This document shows positions 23,533 through 35,332 of a DNA stretch of 64,000 bases, in pieces. Both the position numbers and the translations under genes were made by a program. The stretch covers positions 744,001-808,000 of the forward strand of contig CATNEN010000035.1 of the NCBI GenBank assembly GCA_950097015.1, read 5' to 3'. Positions within the stretch are counted from its first letter, which is position 1. Each line of letters starts with the position of its first letter. The stretch comes from Macrostomum hystrix (Eukaryota > Animalia > Platyhelminthes). The notes under the pieces are model-generated. The model saw nothing but the letters and a program-made list of their open reading frames with translations, made no database searches and was not told the origin of the DNA.

Positions 23533-25172
23533 ATGGCTCAAAATATTTCCACAAACGGAACTTACGACACCTCACAACTTGAGATACGCGAACAACCGCC
23601 ATGTGAACGGTGTGCAGCTGGTGGCTGCTCTCACGTCATTCTTCTCCAACTCGCTCACCATCTACTGCGTGTCCAGCTCCAGCAACCTCAGAGTGAAGTC
23701 CTTCTACATCCTGGTGGCCAATCTCGCTGTCGCCGACGCTTGCTGGCCGCTGCCTACATCTACTTGACAACGAGGCGTTTCTATGACGACTTAGCTGAAC
23801 TTGGAAACCTGAGAACAAGGCTTCAATGCCTGACTGATGTCGCACCTCTGATGCTGGGCATCGTCGGATCGATCGTGTTCACCTTGGCCACCTGCTTCGA
23901 TCGTACGTTCGCAGTGCTCGCACCGCACCTGTACAGTCGCAAGCGGGGCGCCTACCCCTGGCCGCTGGTGCCAGTCGCCTGGTTTTGCGCCCTGGCTGAC
24001 ATGACCGCCTTGTCGCTATCGCTGGACAATCCGACCAGGATTACCACAATGTGCACCATCGTAGAGGTATCCGGTGAAGTGTACACCGCCTGGAACCTGG
24101 CTTCGACTCTTGTCTACAGTTGTCTAGCGATGGTGTTCAGTGTGATCTGTGCCGTCCGCATCTGGCAAATGATCCGACGTCGTGGAGCTCTGGCCTCATC
24201 TCAGGAGCTGCTGGATAGTGTGCGCAGTGTGATCATCGTCGGCACCCTGGTGTTCTGCACTCAGGTGGGCTCGAGAATCGCTCTGCTGTACATTGTGCAG
24301 CTGCCCAGGAGCCAGCGTTCTGCCTACAGCAGCCTGGCCCGACTGCCGCAGCTGCTGTGTGGCGCCGCGAACTTCTGGGTCCACCTATTCAGGTCGGGCG
24401 TCTTCCGTCGCGAGGTGTTCGTCCGTCTCGGTGTTGGTCGCTGCAGCAGCTCAGTAAGCGTGGTTGCTAGTGCACCAATTGCATGCTCTGAAGAGCATTA
24501 AGGTATACATCAGCTACCATGGTTTATCTGACCTACTTTTCGACTGCCCAAATTAGACTCGGCCTTGCCATTGAAGTGCCTAATTGTAGACGCAGTTGAC
24601 TTTGTCTAAAATAGATGTATGCATGGGAGGTGACGGCTGTTATTTTCCTTAGAAAGTAACACAAACTTTCCGAGAATGGCGCGTGTCAGGAGCAGTTTGC
24701 AAAGTCGAGAGAATATTTTTAGTCCTGCTTGGTTTAGTGGACAGGTGGGTCTTGGTGATGAAATAACTGTCATTTTAAGACCCCAGAATTTTATGCTGAA
24801 GTCACACGTCAATTTGGTCGGCGAAGTCGAAGGTTTTAATTGGTTATTTTCAGTTTAAATGCAAATTACACCTTTGATTGCGCAGTTTGCCTACCGTCTC
24901 GATAGGTGTCGATTAAATTAACAGCTAACGTTTTCTCCAAACAAGCCAGTGGTTACAGCTTCGATTCATGAGGCCTGGGGGAAGAAATACTGGATCCTTA
25001 AACTAAGACAGCCGACAGACCTTACTGGGTGTGGTGCAATTTTAACTTTGAGTCCAAATAACCAAGCGGCCAAAAACTGACCTCACACCTGCCCAAGTTG
25101 ACATTCAATTTTTATTAACTATAGAATCCGTTTTGCCTTTCCTTTTGCTTTCAGGTGGCTTCAAATTACTGA
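23533..25172 (+). pseudogene. 7TM receptor cluster copy 2 with two compensating frameshifts (TM1-TM2 read out of frame); exons 23533-24453 and 25155-25172 (tail VASNY)
   Basis: Near-identical to copy 1. It is 14 nt shorter near 23578 and has a 1-nt deletion near 23742 (GACGCTTGCTGG vs GACGCTTGGCTGG); net -15 nt keeps the ORF open. Confidence 0.75.
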
Positions 25173-25512
25173 GCAGGCCGGGTTCTTCGATGTCGACAAG
25201 TTGAGCTGGAGTGAGCCTCGATAATCGACAGACCACACAGATCCGTCGAAGTTTTTCGGAGGAGAAGAGGGCAAGCAGAAGATCATATTTGTAATTTAGT
25301 TGCTAATTCTAAATAGTTAGGCTACCTGAGTTTTTGCAGATAATACGTAGATTTGATTTTCTTTTAGAAGCCAATCTGAAGCTTAAAATTCGAGATTAGA
25401 GTAAGCACGTATTTTTATTGACTAAAATATTGACGGGAGTTTGTCAAGTCTGCTTTGAGTTAGTTCAAATGAATTTGACTAAGTAGTTTTCAAGCTTCTA
25501 AGTATCAAGTTG

Positions 25513-25772
25513 CCTAGTTTCCTAGTTTCCTAGTTTCCTAGTTTCCTAGTTTCCTAGTTTCCTAGTTTCCTAGTTTCCTAGTTTCCTAGTTTCCTAGTTT
25601 CCTAGTTTCCTAGTTTCCTAGTTTCCTAGTTTCCTAGTTTCCTAGTTTCCTAGTTTCCTAGTTTCCTAGTTTCCTAGTTTCCTAGTTTCCTAGTTTCCTA
25701 GTTTCCTAGTTTCCTAGTTTCCTAGTTTCCTAGTTTCCTAGTTTCCTAGTTTCCTAGTTTCCTAGTTTCCTA
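25513..25772. repeat. Perfect (CCTAGTTT)n microsatellite, about 32 copies
   Basis: Uninterrupted 8-bp period. Confidence 0.98.
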
Positions 25773-26133
25773 TCTGCACGCAGATTCTACTCCCTCAGCC
25801 TGTGCTCCACAGAATGTACATCCTAGTCTAGTTTTTACTGCCATCTGGCATGGCTCCCAGCTGTCCATTCACTGCATAGAGTAAACTATTCTTCTATAGA
25901 AACGCGTTGGTAGTTTTACTTGTTATAGTACTAAAAGTACGAGTATTAGCAAAGAGATGATATAATTCAAAAGTCTGCAAAGTTTTCGTCGGCTCAAAAA
26001 AATTATGCTCGCTTTCACTCGTAAGGGATTATAGAAGCATTGCTTTGAACCCACAGATTTACTTGGCTTCCTAGCTTAAACATTTTTTGCCTTTTTCTTT
26101 CCATGTTAAAAATGCTACATAAAGAGCTTTTAA

Positions 26134-26726
26134 GGGGAGAGATGAGAAAGAGAGAGATGCGACATAGTAGATGTAAGACAGGAGGGATGAGAATGAGACA
26201 TAGTAGATGTAAGACAGGAGAGATGAAACAAGGGAGAGATGAGACAGGGAAGAGATGAGACAGGGAAGAGATGAGACAGGGGAGAGATGAGACAGGGGAG
26301 AGATGATACAGGGGAGAGATGAGACAGGGGTGAGATGAGACAGGGGAGAGATAAGACAGGGGAGAGATGAGACAGGGAAGAGATGATACAGGGGAGAGAT
26401 GATACAGGGGAGAGATGAGACAGGGGTGAGATGAGACAGGGGAGAGATAAGACAGGGGAGAGATGAGACAGGGAAGAGATGAGACAGGGGAGAGATGAGA
26501 CAGGGGAGAGATGAGACAGGGGAGAGATGAGACAGGGGAGAGATGAGACAGGGGAGAGATGAGACAGGGGAGAGATGAGACAGGGGAGAGATGATACAGG
26601 GGAGAGATGAGACAGGGGAGAGATGAGACAGGGGAGAGATGAGACAGGGTAGAGATGAGACAGGGAAGAGATGATACAGGGGAGAGATGACGAAAAGGTA
26701 GAGATAAGGACTGGAGAGATGAGACA
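26134..26726. repeat. 16-bp purine-rich minisatellite (GACAGGGGAGAGATGA)
   Basis: Direct tandem copies. Confidence 0.95.
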
Positions 26727-27189
26727 AAGGGTTTAATATCCTATTTCTTTGCACCCAATCGCAAGCTCAAGATAAGAGATCGAAAATGTTCATCCTCAGT
26801 CGCAGCCTTTTTGAATCGATGAGTTTCTAGGAAAATCGAGTCTCGCAGTTTCCGAGGCCGCAGGAAGTTGCAGTTCTGCATCTTATATGAAGTCTAGCAA
26901 AGGAAAGCCATACTCGCATTGCTAATTAATTTTCTTTCACAAATGAAACGAGTCGAGGAAAATTCGGTCAGACTGAATCACATGACCAAGGTAATTTCAA
27001 AGAATTCTTCCTCTCAACTTTCCTTAAGTGTAATTAACTACAGCATTCAGTGGCATCGGGAACTTCATATGGTTTCTTTCGTACGAATGAGAAAGACCTC
27101 AATGTAAGGTGTTTGCGTACTAGTTCTAATAAAGGAACTCATTACTACATTAGGCCCACGGCACAGCTATTGCGCAACGCTTCCAAAGT

Positions 27190-27255
27190 CTGTGTACACG
27201 TGTTCAGTCCATGGACTATCAAGTGTCTTGCCCAAGGACACGAACTATTATCTCC
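27190..27255 (-). mobile_element. SINE family B fragment (CORE-like)
   Basis: Reverse complement GTGTCCTTGGGCAAGACACTT...AGTCCATGGACTGAAC is shared with 38435-38697. Confidence 0.6.
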
Positions 27256-27743
27256 TTTGACTGAGCGAACCAACTCTCCTAGCTCTGATATGGAGATTTT
27301 TAGGCCCAGCATCTGATCATCTGGTTCCAAGATTCCAAGATGCTTCGCTGAGCTGAATATGATTGAGAGTGCATTTTTAAGAGTATGCACTTTTCAGTTT
27401 TTATGAAAATTCGATCAAGAAGAGGCATTTTACCATGCTAGAACAGCAATTCGCCAGTCAATTGGGCTCTCACTGTTGCACAATCGGAGTCCCAGCCAAA
27501 TATCTTTGTAGACGTTGCTGGCCGGCCACAGCTGTGGAACTGCGCTGGGTAGTTGAGTCATTTTCAAGTCAGATCCAACCAGAAATACCCAGCTGGGCCA
27601 GCAGCCATTGGATTAGACAATTTCCTAGTATTCAGGTCAACTGGTACAACAGTTACAAATGCGCGCCCTAAGCATCTGAGCCAACAGCTGTGACACACTT
27701 GAGCATCAGTTCACTATTTTTCAAAAGTTTGTTTAGTCAAATC

Positions 27744-29933
27744 ATGCAGCCAGGCTTCAACGATTCAGAGCTCCCGCGGCACAATGAGTCCGGCTCATCC
27801 CAGCTGCAGTACCTGTTGCAAGAAAGCGTGCTGCGCTACAGGAACAACCGGGCCGTGAACAGCGTGCAGCTGGTGGCAGCCCTGGCGTCTCTCTGCTCCA
27901 ACTTGCTCACCATCTACTGCGTGTCGAGCTCCAGCAACCTCAGAGTGAAGTCCTTCTACATCCTGGTGGCCAATCTCGCTGTCGCCGACGCTTGGCTGGC
28001 CGCTGCCTACATCTACGTTACGGCCAGGCGTTGCCATGACGACCTGGCCGGATTCGGAAGCCTCCGCTCCGAGCACGAGTGTCTGACTGATGTCGCGCCT
28101 CTGATGCTGGGCATCGTCGGGTCCATCATGTTCACCTTGGCCACCTGCTTCGATCGGGCGTTCGCAGTGCTCGCACCGCACCTGTACAGTCGCAAGCGGG
28201 GCGCCTACCCCTGGCCGCTGGTGCCAGTCGCCTGGTTTTGCGCCCTGGCTGACGTGACCGCCTTGTCGCTATCGCTGGACAATGCGAACAGGATCACCAC
28301 AATGTGCACCATCGTGGAGGCCTCTGGTGAGAGCTACACAATCTGGAATCTGGCACTGACTCTGACATACAGCTGCTTGGCCATGTTGCTTAGCTTGATC
28401 TGCGCCATCCGCATCTGGCTGATGATCCGGCATCGCGGAGCTCTGGCCTCATCTCAGGAGCTGCTGGACAGTGTGCGCAGTGTGGTCATCGTCGGCAGCC
28501 TTGTCTTCTTCACCCAGGTGGTGACAAGGGTATGCTTTTTGTACATTGTGAAGCTTCCGAGGAGCCAGCGCTCGGCCTACAGCAGCCTTGCCCGACTGCC
28601 GCAGCTGCTGTGCGGCACCGCGAACTTCTGGGTCCACCTGACCAGGTCCAGCGTCTTCCGTCGGGAGGTTCTGGCCCGCCTCGGTCGCACTGGAAGGTGC
28701 AGCAGCTCAGTAAGAACTGCAGATTTTATCAATTAAAAACTAGAGGATGAAAATTTGTAAAAACTTTGCTTTTTTGATTGGATTCAGATCTCAAGAAAGA
28801 CTATTTTTAGGTTCGATGTGATAGGTGTCCATCAAATCAGTAGGCTGCAGTTGTGTCTTATGTGATAGGTGTCCATCAAATCAGTAGGCTGCAGTTGTGT
28901 CTTATGTGATAGGTGTCCATCAAATCAGTAGGCTGCAGTTGTGTCTTATGTGATAGGTGTCCATCAAATCAGTAGGCTGCAGTTGTGTCTTATGTGATAG
29001 GTGTCCATCAAATCAGTAGGCTGCAGTTGTGTCTTATGTGATAGGTGTCCATCAAATCAGTAGGCTTCAGTTGTGTCTTATGTGATAGGTGTCCATCAAA
29101 TCAGTAGGCTTCAGTTGTGTCTTATGTGATAGGTGTCCATCAAATCAGTAGGCTTCAGTTGTGTCTTATGTGATAGGTGTCCATCAAATCAGTAGGCTGC
29201 AGCTGCAGGCTGCAGCCGTATAACCTTACGGCTGAGCTGCGCCTAATATTTAGGCTTGATCAGTGAAATTTGAGAAATTCGCGTCAGGGTGTCCATAGTG
29301 ACCTATTTGCACCTGTTGTAGCCTTTGAAGGTCCAGCAGTCCGTCTAGATAAAGGCAGGTGACCACGGAAGACGGAGATGATGCAGGCACATTCGGGTGA
29401 CATGCTGATCAATTTTGAAGGACTGGCAAGGCCGCACTGAGGCGCAGTGCTAATTTGTGTATAGCTGGGTGTATGAAATACACTAGCGCTTATGAGGAAA
29501 ATCCGACCTTCGGCCAGAAACATTGAATATCTCGACGGTCTGAAGAGCTGGCGACTTGATTCTTGTTTCAGAAAGTTCGCAACAAAAAGTTGGCCCGTGT
29601 TCTTGAGTTTCGTGTGCTTGCGTTGCTCCGTTCGGGTGCAGCACAAAAATTCTCAGGGGGGGGGATTCCCCCCACCCTTGGTAGTTCTACTGTACGAGCG
29701 TAAAGAGACTCAAACACGTAATGCCGCTGCAACACTCATAAATTTGTCAATAAAAGACTTGGATATATGAAATAATGAGAAACTGTTAGACCAAAGTTGA
29801 TCGTACACAATTTTCATACTTTTATATTACGAGTGTCTTAGAAAATTAAAATCTTTAGATACTTCTTAGCTCATATAATCTATCTTAATTACTCGTACTG
29901 TCTCGTCCATTTTAGGTGGCTCCCACACCTTAA
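27744..29933 (+). CDS. 7TM receptor cluster copy 3; exons 27744-28709 and 29916-29933 (tail VAPTP); unspliced ORF ends at 28736
   Basis: Same motifs as copy 1 (DRA variant). Donor TCA|GTAAGA, acceptor CCATTTTAG|GTG GCT CCC ACA CCT TAA. Confidence 0.85.
28817..29200. repeat. 44-bp minisatellite (TGTGATAGGTGTCCATCAAATCAGTAGGCTGCAGTTGTGTCTTA) in the receptor copy 3 intron
   Basis: Period seen at 28861 and 28905; about 9 copies. Confidence 0.95.
29225..29680 (+). mobile_element. One-end-truncated copy of the MITE-like element at 35617-36166
   Basis: About 430 bp homologous, in inverted orientation, to 35640-36060; ends in CCCTTGG|TA. Confidence 0.7.
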
Positions 29934-31101
29934 ACAAGGCGCGGAGGAAACGTATCTGAGGGTCACTGATGATGAAAAAGGGACGCGTTCTTTTATGTCT
30001 AGTTGAATATGCTATAAAATATATAATTGGATATTTTTCTAGCCATTGAAAAATTCGGTGACACTCTTATTGTTGTCGTCTTGGCTTATTGTCCCGTCAA
30101 TACCCTATTATTGCTTCCATTATTGCTCCCAAACTGTGTTTCCCTGGCTAGCCTTTGTTAAAGCCTGTTGTCTCTTCCGAAGCTCCGATTGGTTAGTAAA
30201 TCGAAGTTTCTCATCGATGAGAGATATGATTGGTAGGCGTTTATTTATAAACTACCTGCTTGCTCGCCTACTAGAAGCATGCTTTTGTTTGTTTGGTTGT
30301 CGGATTTTTGCCTGTCGAAATTGAAATTTTGACTCGATTTTTTGTCTTAACAAAGTTTTGTTTTAATCACCTGAAAAGTTTAATACCCGACGTGGCTGAA
30401 GAAATTGCCTATGGCCGGAGTTAAATAGGCCAGTCAAGAAACACATAATTAATTTAGGCTACTCAGTCTCGCTCTTGACGGCCATTTAGACAATTTTTTG
30501 AAAAATTTTGAGGCTGTAACTAATGCGTTCAAAAACATTGTCTGACAAAGTTGTTGGGGAGTCATTATATTAGAGTCACTACACTTTTTCCCCGTCAAAT
30601 TCAACGTTTTGTTAATCTGTTTAGCAAAGTTTCATTAAAGTTAGTCACTCTATGGTCTTTGCTTTCAAGACATCACTTAAATTTGATAATTCAAGTTCAA
30701 CAAGCCCTGGCATGGGGTTATTAGTCTATGGCAAAAAGGCATAACAAGCATTAAAAAAACGTTTTAAAGTAGCCAACTTGCAAGCATTAAATTAGATTAG
30801 ATTACATGTACGAGTACATTTAATTTAATAATACTGTGTTTAGACATGTTGCGTCCATAGACAAAAGCTGAATTACTTTGGAAAATATATCATATGAAAT
30901 GAGATGAAATTAGGTATACGCCGTTTTAATTCACATTCAATTCACAGTTAGAAATTTCGAGGCAGCATTTAATGGTCTCGAGGCGAACGAAGCGAGGCAT
31001 TTTTAACCATAGACTATGATCGGCGTTTATGTTGTCCGAGGGACCATTGAATGATTTCATGGGCTCGGAATGCAAACAAGCAAACTGATTTTACGAGTAT
31101 A

Positions 31102-31951
31102 CACTCAGCAACATTTAAAACGCAACACTCTAACTAGAAGAAAAATCAACTCACTCAGAAGAGTCAAAGCGCATAGTCTATGGTTCAAATCGAGCTTCAG
31201 AAACGCGTGTAGCCTCCTCTCGCAAGTAACAGGGCGTTGACTCGACGTGGCATTCCCAGAACAAGGCGTCGAAAAAAGTCCTGGGGAATTTCCTGCCACG
31301 CGTTAGCAACAGCGTTTCGCAGTTCAGCGACTGTCTGCGGCGGATTCTGCTGTTGAACACTCCGCTTGATAAAGTCCCAGACATGTTCAATTAGGTTCAT
31401 ATCAGGGGATCTTGAAGGCCACCGAAGATGCAGTTTGCAGTTTGCGACGCCACCAAAGTGGTTGTTAACAAAAGGTGCCTCTGCGGCTTCTCTCTGCCCA
31501 CATCAATCGCAGGAGTGTGGCAGGCAGTGTGGGGTTTCCACGCACTATTCTCAGCAGGCGTCGATCTGCCCTCGCTGTTGTACTGCGAAGTTGGTGAAAC
31601 ACCGTACCTTTTCTCGCGTGAGCCACGCTTCCAGTGGCTCTGCTCTTCTGTAGCAGACGTAAAACTGTTGAAGGCGACCTCCCGAAGTGGTTCGCAACTG
31701 TTCGAAGAGTACAACCTGCTTCCAACATTCCGACTGCTCGCCATCTTTCCGCGTCTGTCATCTGTTGAACCATTCTCTCAGCTGGATCACTCTATCTGAA
31801 AACAGTCCATAGTCATCGCCCTGTTACTTGCGAGAGGAGGCTACACGCGTTTCTGAAGCTCGATTTGAACCATAGACTATGCGCTTTGACTCTTCTGGGT
31901 GAGTTGATTTTTCTTCTAGTTAGAGTGTTGCGTTTTAAATGTTGCTGAGTG
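31102..31951 (-). mobile_element. Internally deleted Tc1-type transposon with 135-bp TIRs and TA target sites
   Basis: TA|CACTCAGCAAC ... GTTGCTGAGTG|TA; TIRs 31102-31236 and 31817-31951. HTH remnant MTDAERWRAVGMLEAG (31773-31465) and C-terminal WPSRSPDMNLIEHVW...RRVNALLLARGGYTRF; the catalytic DD region is missing. Confidence 0.92.
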
Positions 31952-32711
31952 TATGTGTGTAAGCCCGAATCGACCGCAAGAAGCTATACTTCGCTGTCCC
32001 ATCTATGCATTCACAACAACCAGCTTATGAGTACAGAATGAGCACGAAGACAGTGTTTTTCCAACGTACCTACTAAAAGTAGGCATTCTAGTCAACGAAG
32101 GAACTGCTTGTATGATAAGAAAGCCAGACTTTTTGCAAGATTAAAAAATTAAATTAATACTTGAGTAATGGCAAGTGATTTATAATATCCAATCGTTAGT
32201 CTTGTCTACTAGTAGCTCAAAACAATGTAGTGGGCAGCTAAAAAACTTCCATGTGGTCGCCTTGTTAGTCCTGTAACAGTCACTTCACATCTTGATATTG
32301 TTAGCGCCATACTGTGAAATATCGTTCAATTGTTTAATGACTGTCTAACTTAGCTCACTTAGCTCGTATAATACTTAAAGTGCATATGTTTCTCTTACAA
32401 TCAGTTGTCAGCACTAGCTACAGTTTCCAGCTATGTTTCTATCGGTTTCTGCTGTTTTAAGAATATCAATCTGTGATGAATAGAGGGATCTGTTCAGGTT
32501 CAACATTGTCTGACTTATGAAGGACCCTCCGTGAACTTTTATAAATCCGCCTTACCATATTTGAATGTTAAATTATCAGTTGCTGTACTATTTTCTGCTT
32601 CTGTTTCTGGTTACACAGATACAGGGAGGCTGGAACAAAATCATGCTTAAATAAAAAGGACATGATAGTATCATTTTAGGTTTAGGGTTAACCACACTAG
32701 GTTGCGATTAG

Positions 32712-32775
32712 CGAGGAATCGAGCTCAGGGACCTTAGTGCGAGAGGCGAACGCGTTAAACGAACGCACTCACCAA
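32712..32775 (-). mobile_element. SINE family A tRNA-like head fragment
   Basis: GGAATCGAGCTCAGGGACCTTAGTGCGAGAGGCGAACGCGTTAA matches the heads of the other copies. Confidence 0.6.
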
Positions 32776-33502
32776 TGCAAGTCAGCATTTATGCGAGCTA
32801 TGTTCCCGTGTGTGCTGACCTCAGCTGATCTGCAGTGGGGTCAGCTGAAATGTGGTTACTGCCGCGTCGACAGCCAAATCATGCCTCGATAATTCACAAA
32901 GTTGTATACGAACTACGCTATTTTAGTTTGTGATACTTAGTTTCTCGCGAAAAGCCAACGGGACTGCCATAATAAGCAAATTATCGATCTTCCGCTTGTC
33001 CGTCATTCATACCGATCGTCCCCACTCGACAATCGCGAAGTCAAGCGCTCTAGTTTCGAAACTTGCCGATGTTTTCAATGCTTTATTAGCGAATCCTGTT
33101 CCGTCACCATTAGGGCTAGTGAGACATGGTCTGGGGGAAAACACACCCAACTGCAAGAAAGGACCACGTCTTGCTCCATATATTACAGACAATTATTGAT
33201 AACAAATTAATCACATTTTTAGTCTAAGCTTTCTTTGCGCGATAAACTAAGAAGCGATGCGCTCGTAACATAGAAAACTGCCGAAAAAGTGACAAGAGAA
33301 GAACAAGGGCTAAAGACAGACTGGCTGATGAAGGGATCAACCAGTGATGGCAATGACAACTATCAACAGAAAATCCCCTGCATTATGTGATTGGATAGGG
33401 GTAGAAATGCAGAGCTGCTGTGTAACCCGGAGAAGGATATAAACACCTGCCTACCCACAAAAAAAATCAGGACAGGCAAGCGACATTTACAGAAAAAATT
33501 GC

Positions 33503-34777
33503 ATGAACTTCACCCGAATGGCGTCTGTTACCAATTCAACCGACGCCAGAACAAACAATGCGTTGCTGCAACTCATGCAAGAAAGCGTCATTCACTACAG
33601 GAACAACCGGGCCATGAACAGCGTGCAGCTGGTGGCAGCCCTGGCGTCTCTCTGCTCCAACTTGCTCACCATCTACTGCGTGTCGAGCTCCAGCAACCTC
33701 AGAGTGAAGTCCTTCTACATCCTGGTGGCCAATCTCGCTGTCGCCGACGCTTGGCTGGCCGCTGCCTACATCTACGTTACGGCCAGGCGTTGCCATGACG
33801 ACCTGGCCGGATTCGGAAGCCTCCGCTCCGAGCACGAGTGTCTGACTGATGTCGCGCCTCTGATGCTGGGCATCGTCGGGTCCATCATGTTCACCTTGGC
33901 CACCTGCTTCGATCGGGCGTTCGCAGTGCTCGCACCGCACCTGTACAGTCGCAAGCGGGGCGCCTACCCCTGGCCGCTGGTGCCAGTCGCCTGGTTTTGC
34001 GCCCTGGCTGACGTGACCGCCTTGTCGCTATCGCTGGACAATCCGAACAGGATCACCACAATGTGCACCATCGTGGAGGCCTCTGGTGAGAGCTACACAA
34101 TCTGGAATCTGGCACTGACTCTGACATACAGCTGCTTGGCCATGTTGCTTAGCTTGATCTGCGCCATCCGCATCTGGCTGATGATCCGGCATCGCGGAGC
34201 TCTGGCCTCATCTCAGGAGCTGCTGGACAGTGTGCGCAGTGTGGTCATCGTCGGCAGCCTTGTCTTCTTCACCCAGGTCGGCTCCCGAGTGGCTCTCCTG
34301 TTTATCGAGGTGCTGCCCATGTCGGAGCGGCTGTCCTACAGCAGCCTGGCCCGACTGCCGCAGTTGCTGTGCGGCACCGCGAACTTCTGGGTCCACCTGA
34401 CCAGGTCCGGCGTCTTCCGTCGGGAGGTTCTGGACCGTCTGGGTATCGCAGGTCGATGCAAAAGCAGGGTACATCTAAATTAATTATGTAACATTTTTCA
34501 TCTATAGTGTTATATTAAATTGCTGATTTCATATGAAAGAGAATGATTGAATGACTGAAAATTATTCTGTAATTTCTCTGCTATCCAGCAAGCCTTTTTG
34601 CTACTCCCCGTGACCTAGAAAAGAGCTCATCAGCTTTCATAGAACTAGACAAACTAAATATTATTCACGTCCTATAACACTGATCTAGCAAGCTATATTA
34701 AACCCGTTTAATTTGATTTGAGTATCACAGCTGAAGAAGTCGTGCTTTAATTAATTTTGCAGGTATCCGCTGTCTGA
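33503..34777 (+). CDS. 7TM receptor cluster copy 4; exons 33503-34468 and 34763-34777 (tail VSAV); unspliced ORF ends at 34483
   Basis: Core nearly identical to copy 3. Donor AGG|GTACAT, acceptor TTAATTTTGCAG|GTA TCC GCT GTC TGA. Confidence 0.85.
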
Positions 34778-35259
34778 TAAGATGCGCCTGGTGCTCTGGT
34801 CCGCTCTGTGGGATTACGCGGGAAAAATAACTCAATCAATTCGATTTCGACTCAATTCGTTTCGATATTGCATCGATATGTTAATAAACATATCCAAATG
34901 CTTATTAAAGTGCGCAACTATAAATGCAATCTTTTTATTGAGTCCAATTAGCGTCAGCATCGAATTCTTCTTTTTGTGTATTTTAGATTTAGATGAATGA
35001 ATTGATTTCGTTCTAGTTTTTTTCCTTTTTTTCTTTTGCATCGAATTATGACGACGAATGTTCTTAAACTGCATATAAAAGTTAATTCCCCTAACAAAAT
35101 GTAGTTTTCACAACATATCGCTTCCCTGCTAACTTGTTATAATGAAATGGCCTGTCTATTGTACAAAATGAAAAATGAAAATGAAAGATTTTGGTTTCGA
35201 ATTATAAAGTTTTTCAAAAGTTGCTCCAAATAATACAATTGAAGATAAAACGCAAAAAT

Positions 35260-35332
35260 TGCCGCGACCCGGGATCGAACCAGGGACCTTTAGATCTTCA
35301 GTCTAACGCTCTCCCAACTGAGCTATCGCGGC
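35260..35332 (-). tRNA. tRNA-Phe (GAA)
   Basis: GCCGCGATAGCTCAGTTGGGAGAGCGTTAGACTGAAGATCTAAAGGTCCCTGGTTCGATCCCGGGTCGCGGCA: 73 nt, canonical cloverleaf, followed by a T5 Pol III terminator. Confidence 0.97.

Noticed and set aside
25513-25772. Telomere-like repeat
   Set aside because: CCTAGTTT/AAACTAGG is not a known telomeric unit and the array is interstitial.
29284-29770. Protein-coding ORFs in the MITE copies
   Set aside because: Differences between the two copies are largely non-synonymous and ORF limits differ; no sign of coding constraint.
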